A stretch of DNA of 64,000 nucleotides from Antedon mediterranea (taxonomy: Eukaryota > Animalia > Echinodermata): positions 13,910,101-13,974,100 of the forward strand of contig NC_092677.1 in the NCBI RefSeq assembly GCF_964355755.1, written 5' to 3'. Position 1 is the first letter of the stretch. Every line of letters begins with the position of its first letter. Below the pieces are notes generated by a model. It did not search any database and was not told the origin of the DNA. It was given only the letters and a program-made list of their open reading frames with translations. Positions 24,201-36,514 of this stretch are shown here, piece by piece. Position numbers and translations under genes: made by a program.

Positions 24201-25298
24201 TGATACACATCTTAAGTAGATACCTTTCTATTTAGGGACTGCCTTATGCTTGGTTCCCACTAGAGTCGCAACACAAGCACGTAACGCAACGTAAGTGAGT
24301 TGACCAATCACAAGCGATGGATTATTTGAACTTTCGCTTGTCATTGGTCAAGCTTAAATGATAAATGATGAGAGGGTAGTGTACAAAAGACGAATTGCCC
24401 AATGTAATAGACATTAGTACGATGGAATTGACAACTGTAAGTATATTGTATAGGCCTACGTTTAATATAAGTAGGCTTATATGCACTACTGTAAAGTAGA
24501 CATACGTGTTAGTCAAGCTTGGTTCCCACTTTGACGCAACGCAATGACGTATGCACAGCGCAAGTAAGTCTACCAATCAAGCAAGATTCGGATGATCCGT
24601 CCCGTCGTGATTGGTCAAATTTCAGTGCGAACCGCTTACGGTCGTTGCTTTGTATCCTACCAGTGGGAACTTGCGAGCTTGCAATTTATTTACGTCACCC
24701 CTACCCCTGCCCTTGTATCTCCTTAAGCTCATCCTTTTCTTGGCCTGAAGTTTCTATGTGGGATGAAACAGAACGTTAACTCACCTGAACGTCGTTAATC
24801 CCAACCCATACTATCCACCATTGCCCATATGAACCTGGGTTGTATGCAGTCGAGAAAGCAATTAGGTGTTTCTACTGATAGGATCTCGTTTATTTATATA
24901 AATTAAAATATATGATTAGCAATTTACTTACAGTAGTGAAAAGTATTAGTAGTTGAATTAATGTTTGATGACCAACTAATGCATTACTATAAGAAAAACA
25001 TGATAATAAATCTCTTTAATCATCTTTAGGTATGCATTCATTAATATCGTCGTCGTCACATCTGCCGTTGAGTTCTGGAACGTCTATGCCATTTTTCAGC
25101 AATATAACAACATCGTGTTCTGCCCCCGGCCTTCTCCACCCTGTGCTAGGTCAACCGCTCTGCGACTTAACCACCGACAACTCGTTACATCATAGTACAA
25201 ATCATAGGTACCATCGACTGTTCTCTCAAGGTCCATACGCCTCGATTCAAGCACTCAGAACAGCTGCAACGCAAATATCAACACATCAACCTATGTAA
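9203..25298 (+). CDS. TBX20: T-box transcription factor TBX20 (H15/midline orthologue), ~478 aa, 7 coding exons
   Basis: Exons 9203-9344, 15883-16177, 19777-20050, 21930-22088, 23216-23292, 23957-24177, 25030-25298; all GT-AG, phases consistent, 1437 nt. N-terminal eh1 motif FTIDALM. T-box [23 protein letters not shown]...[19 protein letters not shown]...[24 protein letters not shown]. Tbx20-specific YARSPIR and C-terminal [11 protein letters not shown]. Confidence 0.95.
11805..11830 (+). other. G-quadruplex-forming motif in Tbx20 intron 1
   Basis: GGGGTGGGGTGGGGTGGGGCTTGGGG: five runs of four G with short loops. Confidence 0.6.
13049..13198. mobile_element. PIF/Harbinger-type MITE
   Basis: TIRs AGCTCTGTCTACACTATCAAACT / AGTTTGATAGTGTAGACAGGGCT, with TAA on both flanks (13046-13048, 13199-13201). 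Partial copy at ~17410-17545. Confidence 0.8.
13389..13590. repeat. Two-copy ~100-bp tandem duplication
   Basis: agtaaagatatta(t/c)tgattcttacaaatca...tttattcgttgatttatct occurs twice; copy 2 carries an extra GGCCTA. Confidence 0.85.
14930..15247. repeat. Minisatellite, ~5 copies of a ~55-80-bp unit
   Basis: acacaagtcgcaataattg...agggcttactgtcgacccctgtgccttacttggtagta repeated head-to-tail. Confidence 0.85.
17410..17545. mobile_element. Truncated copy of the 13049 MITE with internal ~21-bp repeats
   Basis: CTCTGTCTACACTATC terminus followed by (tgcccaaatatggtagtgata)n. Confidence 0.65.
18985..19055 (-). tRNA. tRNA-Val(AAC), probably a pseudogene (D- and T-stem mismatches)
   Basis: Reverse complement is GGTTTCGTAGTGTAGTGGTTGTCAAGTCTGCTTAACACGCAGAAGGTCCCGGTTCGAGCCCTGGCGAAACC. 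Acceptor stem is perfect, anticodon stem is TCTGC/GCAGA with anticodon AAC, and A and B boxes are present. Confidence 0.8.
19268..19339 (-). tRNA. tRNA-Val(AAC) pseudogene, second copy
   Basis: Reverse complement is GGATTCTTGGCGTAGTGGTTATCACGTTTGCTTAACACGCAGAAGGTACCTGGTTCGAGCCCGGACGAAACC, followed by an oligo-T terminator. Two acceptor-stem mismatches. Confidence 0.7.
19350..19615. mobile_element. Possible Helentron/HINE-like non-autonomous element end
   Basis: CATGCCAAAT motif and a terminal hairpin ACTCGGG-tac-CCCGAGT (19591-19607) followed by an A-run. Confidence 0.35.
20360..20475. mobile_element. Degenerate member of the GGTTCCCACTA MITE family
   Basis: Internal inverted repeat tttgactaatcacg...cgtgattggtcaaa shared with the copies at 24248, 24516 and 28450. 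Confidence 0.5.
20925..20939 (-). promoter_or_regulatory. BMP-responsive element GGCGCC-N5-GTCT in Tbx20 intron 3
   Basis: The minus strand reads GGCGCC AAACT GTCT, an exact match to the Smad1/5-Smad4 composite site with its 5-nt spacer. Confidence 0.55.
22367..22571. mobile_element. MITE with long terminal inverted repeats (Harbinger-like or TA-targeting)
   Basis: AAGCGTGGTTCCCACTA ... TAGTGGGAACCACGCTT flanked by TA on both sides, with internal ACGCAACG/CGTTGCGT repeats. Confidence 0.8.
23571..23660. repeat. 39-bp inverted repeat (1 mismatch, 12-nt spacer)
   Basis: Arms at 23571-23609 and 23622-23660; the inner ends CGACGTTTC/GAAACGTCG resemble Penelope terminal sequence. Confidence 0.9.
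24248..24680. mobile_element. Two degenerate GGTTCCCACT MITE copies (24248-24355 and 24516-24680)
   Basis: GCTTGGTTCCCACT termini, ACGCAACG repeats and inverted CCAATCA/TGATTGG boxes. Confidence 0.65.
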
Positions 25299-27361
25299 AA
25301 TGAACTACAGTGTATTAATAGTTTAAATAAAAAGAAATTAATAATAGTTGTAATATAATGTAAATAATATATTCAAAGGCTAAAAATAAAATGAAGAATA
25401 TCGTATCAACCGAATTGTCAACGACACAGAGTGCGCTGCAACTGCAGTAGGCCTACTACCGGTATTATCTGTCGACGAATGGGCTTGATGATCGTCAAGG
25501 GAAATATTGTGTTTCTATTTTATTTTTGTATTATGTTATTATATATTAACCCATCTAAAACAATAGTTTTTTGTCAAAAGAATATTCATAAACTCACAAT
25601 TGTCTTATTTGTTCAATAAAACTCTTCTTTTGTAAGAATACGCGAAGGTTTGACACGATGAGGGCAGTAGAGTACAATCCAAACGATATCTGGTTCTTTT
25701 TTTACATAACACTAACAGTGAATCCGTGCTATTTGATTGGTTAATGCATCATTAATGAACTTAAATCAATGTAAAAATGTTCTGCCACGCGAGGTCGTTG
25801 ACTGACCTGCTCTTTAAATCAACATATGGTGCGCGCCGTCTATAACTGTTTTTCTCCGCGTCCGAAATTGGAGATCTTATTTTTTTGGGGCCTAGGTTCC
25901 CGGCCTAGAATTGAACGATGATTCAAGATGGATTAATTGAATAAAAGTTTATTTTAGATCAGCAAATGTGTTATAAAACAAAAAATGAATGTTCTGTATT
26001 CGTTAAATGGTGAGAATACTAAATACATTGAAAGAATGACTGCTTTTTAAACTAGGCCCCGCCGTTAAATAGCATCATTATCCAACTCATGCAAACATTC
26101 GTTATTTGTAGGCCTACAAAATGTACAGTTAGGCCACCTTCTTGTATACATTATCACTCACTATTACAGAGATATTCTTTTTATTACAATTCGACACAAC
26201 AATGTTTAAAAAAGGCCTCCTTTGCAAGCATTTTCGTCAACTAACAAAATGCGTAAAGCAAAAGTTATTCCATAAGCTCACGTATAATCTAGAAGGAAGG
26301 ACGCGGGCAGGCGGCGAGGGGTGGTGGGGGAAGATGATCCTCCTCCTATTAGGCCTACCAACTTAAATAAAAACAGGCGTGTGAATAAATTAATAATAAA
26401 ACTCTCCGAGTTGACTTCTTTGAAATAAATATTCTGTAGAATAAGTTTGTCTTTTTCATAATTGTTACAGTATAGGCCCATGTAATTATAATATGTAAAA
26501 ACAAAACGTTTTTGTTTTGTTGCGCGAGTCGTTTTAACATTTTGTCTTTATACAACTGATGACGTATTATTTAAATGCATAGCATTACATGTCAAAATAC
26601 TGCCTTAATTTCTTTTCTTTTTTCTGATGTTTTTATTATTACAACCTAATTATTATTATACTTGAAAAATGTATTTTACTCAACAAAATAAAATGATTCG
26701 TGGTTGGACAAGTAGCCTATACCATAACACCTAAAAAAGCCCCCCCCCCCCCTTTCCCCCCCTTTTTTTATCTCTGATAGTGGGATTATTTTTGAGATAG
26801 ACGAAAGTATTTGAATATCAAAGGAACAAGCTGATTCAATGCCAGATATGTATCTATCATATATATATCATTAATAATTTATATCATTACATTTATTTTA
26901 CAGTTTAAAATGGTGATATTTTGATAACAAAATATGTAAAATTTGGTAATTTCTAGAAAATCCTATTACTGGTAGCAATTCACATATTTCGAAAAGGTCA
27001 TCTTGAAAATAAGCCCACCCAAACGTGTACTATAAATGAAAAAGCCCAAAGTTGTTTCTTCGCAAACCTGGGCTAGTTTTAAAAGGGAAGATTGTGTTGG
27101 TGACTTTTGAATGGGGCCTGATAACGAAAAGGAGTGACGTGACTAGAATCCTTTAATTGTTTGATACTGTTACGCCTCTGGTGCTCAATCGACTGTGTTC
27201 ACAGTTCTTTCACATGCAAAACTATTATTTCAATAGGTTTCTTTTGAAAAAAACCCAACAGTGCTTAATCTTTTGTTCAGTCGTAGAGTAAATACCGCAT
27301 GACAAGAACACAAACGTTCTAAAATGATTTAGGCCTATCTATAATAACTCTAGTCGTCAAT

Positions 27362-30300
27362 ATGACGAATATTTTTCTCAATAAACCAATATTGGTTTGG
27401 CGTAGTATGTATACCTGTGCTATGAACATAAATTGGCCTAAGATCAGTTTAAGAAACATTCTGACGGATTTAAAACTACGTTACGTACTTCGGACATTGT
27501 GGATTCTTGTCTGTCTTGGTGTGATAACGACAATCATGTTGTGGAATGAAGTAATGTTAAAATCAGGTGAGCTTGTTAAGAAAATATATACTAATTATAA
27601 TACTAACATGGCATATATGCCATATGAAAGGGATAAATGAAGATCAGTGACTCCCCTATACTTTTTTAGGCCTGTCTCCTATTCTATCTAAGTCAGTGAG
27701 AATTACCTAAATACTAAGCCCTATCAATTATAACCAAGCCGGCCCAGTGTAAATTATACAAAATAGGATATATAGTGTTACTTGAATTTTTATCAATAAA
27801 ATCATACGTTTGAGTCGATTTTGGCGTAAAAAATTGTCATCACCCTCGGAAATGAATAAATGCGTCAATAATGTTTGTATTGCGTCAACTAGTATGTTTG
27901 CGTTGTAATATGTTGTAATATACAATGTTGACGCGATAGATTTTCAGCATTTATTTTATCGCCTCAAAAGTATTTTATTGAGGAAAATGCAATTAACAAT
28001 CTAAATATATCCATTTAAAAATGGAGGCCTAGCGACTTGTTATTGGTTCCAGAATTTATCATTTGCATTAATTTTCCATTTCATCAGCATGAGTTAACTA
28101 ATGTAGGCCTATGTAATTATTGTTTGTAGCTTACAAAACATGATATTTTGATTTCAGAATCGGTAGACAGAACCGGGATGGGTATTCCACTCACGGTACC
28201 AAGAGATAAATCTGTTTTTAGGCACGTACGGTCTTGGATGAAGAAACCAAGACATAGTAGTAAGTCAAAATGTAGAAAACACCATAATAAGAACGTTATA
28301 TTTTAATAATTCATCAGCAAGGGTGCTGAATCGTTTTTAAATATTATTCTTCTTTTCTTTTTGTAAGGTGACCAAGCTGGCATAGTATGTCCATCTGAGT
28401 TTGAACTAACAGGTCTACGTAAGTACTACTATAAAGGAAAATATAAATTTTACCAATCACAAGCGATACTAGACTTCGGATGATCATCACGACGCGATGA
28501 TCATCCGAACTGTAGCTTGTGATTGGTCAACTTACATGCTGTTACCTGGGGACCAAGCTTGAATAAAACATGGTCGACAGATTATTTGGAAATACTGTAA
28601 GTACCTAAACATTGTAAAATGATAACATTAAGAAAAATGAAACTTTGCCTTAATTTATCAATTTTTGACAGAAAGTGATTCTAAAAAACATGTATATACA
28701 GTAATGTACAACACCAACAAAACAACAGTATTAAAACTCATTTACCTCGCCATGTTTTATGCTTAGGCTTGTTGCTACAGTATAATAGGAAACGGGAGCC
28801 CTCATGGAACGTCACAAAATAAACCTGAATATTCATTAGTCGTATCCATAAGGTGTAACGTAAGAATTGATTAGACTCTGGACATTGCAAGCCGATGTAT
28901 TGAGTTCGAACCCCATTACCAATTTCTTTTTACTTTATAGTGAGAGAGGGATTATTAAGAGAGATGGGTTAAGTTTTATTTTATTATGAAGTACTTCGGC
29001 AATCTTTTACAGCCAGTCCAAATTTATGTCTTATTTTCAAAATGTAGGTGGCAACTTATCTGCAGATTTAAATGCAACTACGTTAACTTTTACCGAACAA
29101 GAAATATTTAGAGAACAAACAGAAGAGGTTCTTCAAGTTACTCATGATATGAATTTAAGACTGAATGTGAACTTATTCAATAGAAGACATAAGCGAGATT
29201 ATTCACCATTGACAATAGAAGACATTTTATTGCCATCAATTCTTTATGTTAAAGATTATTTATATATTCCTGGAGGACACTGGAAACCCACAGACTGCCT
29301 CCCTAGATGGAAGGTAAGCTATACTTGTGTACAGGTATTTACCCTGTCCCGTTTAGAGACCCGACTACTGCGCGCTAAAGCGAGGATAGGCTGGTGCGTG
29401 ACGAAACAGCCTACGATTCGAGGTTGTCGTCAAAACACCGTTCCCTGATAATGTTGACGTAAACATAGAGGATCTGCAAAAAAGAGCAAAATGCAACACC
29501 CAGTAATAATTATGGCGTTCGATTTTCAACGACCACCTACTATAGGACCAAGTACAGGACTTCTGTCATATTAATCCATTGTGCGCATTGGACATTGGTG
29601 GATTGATTCCCCGACGGCCCGACACAAAGCGCGTAGGTCGCCATAACACAATTACCATCAACAGTTTGGATAGTCTATCTTCGGATTGGTCAAATTGTCT
29701 GCGTCCATGCGTTGCGTCCTAATGGAAACCTATAGTTTTAACAATTTCTCAATTCTTTTATCATATGCTGTAGTAAGAAATAGTAAAAACCAGGACCGAA
29801 TACTAAACCTCTTCTATTTCCTTTTTCAGGTTGCAATAATAATTCCATTTCGTGATCGGTATTCACATTTACCAATATTTCTTAAACATATTATTCCAAT
29901 GTTACATCGGCAGAAATTAGAGTTTGGTATTTTCGTGATTGAACAGGTGAGTTTTGTAACGCTTAATTAACTATCGACTTTAATGATATTTTTCTCCAAC
30001 TTTATTTCACCACGTCATGGAGGGGGTCTTGCAGGGATGTTGTAATGTGTGTACATTAATAGCTGTCATGATAGGTTGTATAGGCCAACTCAAACTTAAA
30101 TATGTTTAAAGTTATCCCGACGATCTATAAACTACGCCCGACGCTAACTCAAGACAACTCCGACGAGTTAAGATGTTTGAGTTTGAACTTTACATTCAAA
30201 ACGACAAGGAAACTTACCACCCCGTGGCCTCTTTCAAATCCTGGAGGAAATTTATTGTATCCAGGGGAGGTTCTACGAATTAACGGACAGCGCCAACATA

Positions 30301-31802
30301 ATATAGTAGTCTGTCAAAAATAGATATCAAATTAGTAGTTTCCTTCAAAGAAGTACTTTTGCCAAAGGAAGAAATTCTCCTGGCATCCGGACGTCATGTC
30401 GGAAATATATCGGCGGTAAAAAATAAGCGCAAAAGGTGCTTACAATAAAATAAAAACGGAACGTGCTCATTATATGATATTTACTCGTATTTCATCATTT
30501 CAGGATAATATGCTGTTATTTAACCGTGCAATGTTGCTCAACGTTGGTTTTCTCGAATCTCTAAATTTTACCAAATGGGATTGTTTTATATACCACGATG
30601 TTGACCACGTCCCATACAATGACGGTAATTACTACGGTTGTATAGGAATGCCTCGTCATTTTATCACAGGTGCTGATAGATGGGGATATAAGTAAGTTCA
30701 TTTTGTTTAGAAAATTAAAAACACTTTCTGTCCCAGTTCCTCATACAGCTTATCACTTGAACCAGTTTGTGATTGCCGTGTCTTTGCTGCCTAGTGACAA
30801 CCATGTATGCCTATGTGTATTTTAGCTGTGTTATTGCTGATTGGTCAAAGTTTAAAAAAAAATCCAGTACTATGGTAAAATACAATATGTAGTAGCTAGT
30901 TTGTTTCAAAATAGCATACATGATAATATGACGTGAATTTTATTTTCATTTACAGATTACAATACAATAGTTTTTTTGGTGCTGTGACGGGTATGACTAG
31001 AGGGCAAATTTTTGAAATGAACGGGTTTCCAAATGTGTATTGGGGATGGGGTGGAGAAGATGACGATATTTGGCAACGTGTAAAAAGTATAGGTTATACA
31101 AAAACAAGACCACGGTCATATATTGGCTGGTATGACGTCATTAAACAAGATCATAAAAGTGCACCCCATAATAAGGAAAGGTAGGATGAATTTAAAATAT
31201 ACTATTTTAATGGTGATTTTGGTTAAGACGATAAGAATAATATACTGTAGGCCTATCACAGAAACATTGTAATCAGTAATTAGATGCGGTGATCATAAAG
31301 CCGGTATATTGTGATTGTGTGACGGTGGTGATGATCGAATCGTAACATGCCAGGCCCTCCCTGTAGGCCATTGGCTCTTACCAACTGTCATAGTGTTATA
31401 TCTTTGTGTTGGTTATGATGGCGGCAAATGATAATTTCAGTAATTATTTAATGGTGTCTTTAGGCCTAATGACGTGTCCGAGTTCTATATGCGTATAACA
31501 TCGGGTGTAGTACTCGGTAGAATTCGTTTTGGGTGTGATGTGTTAGCAAGTTGTAAGGATATGATGACACGTTTTATTTTATTTTTACGTATTGAATAAC
31601 TGTATTTATCTTTTAATTGTTTTCTTTTGTACGCAGAGTAGCTAGTTTGAAATACTGGAAAAAGCGGCATCTTATCGACGGATTGAATAATATCGTTTAT
31701 GACGAACCAATCATAACATTGTATTCATTGTACACAAATATTGCCGTTAATATTCAAAAACTAAATATTGATATTGAATACGAAGACTACCCAACCGATT
31801 GA
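27362..31802 (+). CDS. B4GALT5: Beta-1,4-galactosyltransferase 5/6-like (GT7, lactosylceramide-synthase clade), type II membrane protein, ~439 aa
   Basis: Exons 27362-27566, 28158-28259, 28368-28418, 29048-29313, 29830-29946, 30504-30691, 30956-31180, 31637-31802 (1320 nt, phases consistent). N-terminal TM LWILVCLGVITTIMLW. Motifs GGHWKPTDCLPRWKVAIIIPFRDR, FNRAMLLNVGF, HDVDH, MPRHF and NGFPNVYWGWGGEDDD. Probably co-orthologous to vertebrate B4GALT5 and B4GALT6. The start could also be ATG 27407 or 27422. Confidence 0.9.
28450..28560. mobile_element. Partial MITE of the same family with an internal hairpin
   Basis: accaatcacaagc...TTCGGATGATCATC/GATGATCATCCGAA...gcttgtgattggt, ending in GGGACCAAGCTT. 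Confidence 0.6.
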
Positions 31803-34800
31803 TGTACTGTATGTGTTTATTTTGATGTTTCCACCGATCTAAGCTGGGAAAATTGTGAGTTTTAATATTAAGTTTTAATATCAAGTCGATCAACAAAGTT
31901 AATACAGCGGTTCACTATCACAAGTAGACGTGTATGCCTACTTACAAGATCCAAGTAAACGTGCATTACTATTACAAACCCCGTGATAATCTACTAATTA
32001 TGAATTATTTATTCAGAACTTAGGCCCTACACCTACTGTTAAAGTTGTGCCTTCTTTTCGCATTCGCACAACTCCAATGTTTCGCCGAGGAAAAAATCGC
32101 ACAAACAATTCAAAATACCAACTTCGCTGAAGCGAACAACTCAAGAAACTAGAATTCGTCGCAGAAAGGGATTTGGAAGATGGAAAGACAAATTAAATTC
32201 GCATGCGTATAAGTAAGACGCTTTCGATTCGCGCGAAAAAAAATTCTAGTTGAAAACATGCCTTGGGTATAAAGCGTTGCTGAAATCATGAATTATTCAT
32301 TATAACGTGCATACTGACGCTTTCTCGTCATGTGTTTTTTTTTTTCAGTCTGCGACAACATATTATGAAATACCATTGAAAATTATGCTCGAAGTTTAAT
32401 TGTTGCTACAAAAACTAAAACGACAATATACACTATATAAACACTATTTTGTTTGCAAACAATTCTTCTTATGAGTAGTGATGGATTTCACTCTTCTTTA
32501 TGGGATAAACTTTTGTCATGCGCCACATGTAGGCATATCTCTAGGTGGTTGAGGGATGGTGTGGAAGTCAACAATCATAGCTTGTCCAGTCTGCAATAGA
32601 TTAAGTAACACAATTGTATTTCATTATTTATCATTATTTTAAAAAGAATTTGTCTACATGTAAATAAATTGAATTAAAAATTTCTGTTTGGAAATTAAAT
32701 TTTAAAAATTGTTTATAGGCCTATAGCAACGTATTTATAAAAACAATTGTTTTGTTGTTTTTTTTTAAATCTTTTTAAAAATATACCTGTCTCTACCCAG
32801 GATCTCCTTTCTATAATTGTACGTTATTTTATTTTATATATTGTGCATTATGTAACCTATTATACAATTTTAAATATTGATGCAAACTCCGAGTTTTCAT
32901 CAAAAGTTTAGTAAAGTTTAGTTCCTTATCTCCTCTTTGGCGGAAGTAAATAAGTTAATACTTACTTTTAAATGACTGTAGATGCATGGATAAACCAATA
33001 TCCAGGATTATCTGTTTTCCATCTTACGATTACATAATCGAGGATGCAGAAGCATTACAAGTATCTTTAATGGTAGCATTTTCAGGAGAAATTCTTGCAA
33101 GTAATCCTAAATGGTAATTATGGTAATTGATATTATAAATTCCTCTTATTTGATAGGACGATTGTGGGTCACATGGCGTACAGTAGCACGCACCATTGAA
33201 CGGTCGCTCTCGTACGAAAACAATTTTTTCGCGTTTTGAAATATTTTTAAACAATTGCTTTTGAAATACAATAGCGCCACCTATTTTGAACTTCCGCTGC
33301 GAATATTGAATGTTATGACTGGTTTCATATTTTTGGAGAGGTAGGCCTAATTATGTAGGCCCTAGTACTAATTTTGACATTTAAATTAGCTTTAGATCGT
33401 TTGTATGATTTTGATTAATTAATGGGAACATCTCTACAAGACGTAATCGTTGAAAAAAAACCCAGAATTAGCCTAGACGAGTTCCAGTTGCCTGTCGAAG
33501 TTTCGATGGTATCACTGCCTTTCTAGCCTAGTTAGGCGTTTAGGCTAGTAGGCCTAGACGCGTCAGCCTTGCTAGGCCTAGGATTGTTTGTTGACATAAT
33601 TAACTTAAAATCAAAATAAATATAATATTAATTTATTATTAAAAAACAAATCTTATGTGAATCAAATGTAAGCCTAGGCCTTATTTTATTCAATCTGATT
33701 CAATTGACAGGAATCTATCAACGTTCAACGTTGCGAATACGATAACTAAAACACATACGTCACATTTGCTAAACATTTGAGCTGATCCCCCTCTTTCAAA
33801 TTTATATGGATGGGGCCCTCAATATTTTGCGAAAGTTTTTGTATGTCTGTACTGTAGCTCTCAGGAATACAGTATTTTGATTTGACACCAAAACAATATC
33901 TTAACGTTTGCGCATACTCACAAATCGTTATGATAACTTCACGCAAGCATCAAGCACTTGAAATCGTGGAGTGTCTGTAAGATTCTCCGGAGTTTGGGCA
34001 TTGGAACCTAGTGTACGTCTGAATGAAGTCCAAACATTTAGTATCTTCCGTCGTGAGTTTCAATAGCAACAGATAAATCCTGTCTTTTCTTGACATCCCA
34101 AACTGTTGATTAAACTTTAGGGTATTGGAACATTATTTCAATATACGAGATATACAAATCATTGGAGAATACGAGAATAATGAAAATATGAGGTATTGGC
34201 CCCCAATAAAATACGAAAAATAATAATAAAGTTATTTATTTCCACAGGAAAATAAAAGAAAAATAATAAAAGAATTGCGCATAATTAAAAATAACTCCGC
34301 CGTAAACCAATGTAAAGTAGTCCTCTGGGGAAATAGTCATCTGAGAGAGTAAACTCTCGCACAAAAGTATTAATAGTATCTAAAGAAGATCTGCAAGAAA
34401 TTCAAAAGCTTAACAAAAACCCTGAAACAAATTTTAAAATACATAACACAATTAAAACATGAAAGAATGTCGCAACAGGAGACATAGCCTTAGGCTACTT
34501 GGCCTAACTGGGCTATTCATGGGGTACCTAGTCGTGGCGAACTTCTTTTATTTTCTGCATGTAATGTATTATTTTTATGTATTATATTTCCTGTTTGACG
34601 GTTAAGGCCCACCTTAACCAGAGCAAGTAAACATTTGTTATCTTTCAAATTAACGTCGAATTTAGAACATTATTATCCTAATAAATAATCATTGCAATTT
34701 ATCTTTAATTAAAAAAAATAGGTTCATACTGAAACTTAATGAAAAACATACAACTTTGAGTAACAATGACTCCAGATTCATTTGAACATAATTAATTGTT

Positions 34801-36514
34801 GCCACGCCAAATCAAAATAATTAAACATTATCAAAATAATAATAATATACATTATTTTGATTTAGAATTCTACTTTTATCGAACACCATATGAGTAGTTA
34901 GAAATATATGGAAAGGCAAAACAATAATGAAAGCCTTCCTTTAGGAAGTGTAGACGATGGTTCTCGGAATGATAATGTTCTCCTTGTACGTTTTCTGTCG
35001 GTTACCATTATTGAAAATGCTTGACATTCGTAAAACTACACTACTTTGTTTCACAGTGTTTTAGATGATTAATAACATTTTAAAGTATAGTTTTTATTGT
35101 TTGGTAGGGCCCTTTGGGGAGGCGGAGTTCATTTGAGGGAGGTGCTTATTCGAGGGATATATGTTAAATTGTTTAGTTTTAATAATATGGTAACATTTAT
35201 AATCAAATAAAATCCTCTAATAGATATGAAAAGTGGTAAAAAAGAATAACAAATGCTTGGTAAATTGTAGATAACAGTGCGATGAATTCTACTACAAATA
35301 GTATAATTGTGTTATTATAAATGTGGATGGACGTTTATTAGATAGTTGGGTTGGCGGGGTGGGGATTATTATTCAAAGTGATGTTTTATTGGAGAGGCGT
35401 TTATTCAAATAAATACCATCCTAATAATTATTAATACATTATTTAATTTAAACATCTTTTGCCCAAGAAAGAAGACATTACGGCTTACAACATGGGCAGA
35501 CATCTCGGTCCTAACGGGACACAGGAAGATAGCCTACAGTTATTCCTGCCAGCTTACTCAATAAAACTCAGCTATCGGGATTTCACTCGATTTTAAACAA
35601 AATGTCTTATCATCAAATCTCGCTATGTAATTTTATAATAATATTCCCCACAATATATTCCGATTCTTTATGGCGTATATTTAATTTGATCTTTATTAAT
35701 TTGCAGTATAATTTCTATTTTTTAACTACTGTACCTTCACACACGCGCGGTATGTTTTAAAATAAACAAAAAACTGAAATGCCTATGACTTAACTTTAGC
35801 TCCAGTCCTACTATCTATTTTTTTCTTCCTTCTTCCAAAGGGACACTGTATTGATTGATGGAAAGTGCCTGTTTCCAGTCACCTTTAGGGTCAAATCTAT
35901 TATTTTAACTGCTCCCTTGTGTATACAAGAGAGAAAATAGTTGAAACCAGGTTGTTGCAAGGTGAACTTATCGTAAACCCGGAAATTACTTTGACCGCGA
36001 AGAATTGAAATTGAGTTGAAAATCTACTGTTGAAATCATAAATTTTGTTAAAAACCCTTTATAATATCTTCCTAAGATAGAAATATGGAACACTAATGTT
36101 ATCAAATCTACGTTTCGCGGTACATCTGAGATAGATAAGGTAGGTATCCAAGGCGGAGATTTGTACCGAAGTTTTTGCATTGTGCTCGCCTATGTCAGAA
36201 TTAACCATAATTTATATAGATACACCGTACATTCAGTGTGTACCTTGTCGGTGCATTCTAAACCAATGTACTGACAGTGCTTCCCTATCTTGTAGATTCT
36301 TAAGTAACTTTACTGGAATATCATTTTTAAAGTATAAACAACTAATTTATTAACGATAGGTCTGATATAGTAGAAAGTTTAAGAGATGTTGCTTCCTTAA
36401 ACGGCGATTCGGATTAATGGAACCTTCACCTTTCTTTTTCAATTCTTGGATATAAACATTCTAAAAGTATAATTTTCAATGTGATACGTTCTCTTGGTTG
36501 AATTCTGTTCTTTG

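Noticed and set aside
25620-26100. Possible transposon terminus downstream of Tbx20
   Set aside because: Too degenerate to define ends or family from the sequence alone.
28845-28920. tRNA-like segment with GAGTTCGAACC
   Set aside because: No cloverleaf can be formed; at most a decayed SINE head.
30065-30090. TAGGTTGTATAG resembling let-7
   Set aside because: It lacks the TGAGGTAG seed and has no precursor hairpin.
27362-31802. Assignment as bre-4-type beta-1,4-GalNAc transferase
   Set aside because: The GGHWKP..PRWKVA, HDVDH and FFG signatures fit the B4GALT5/6 clade better.
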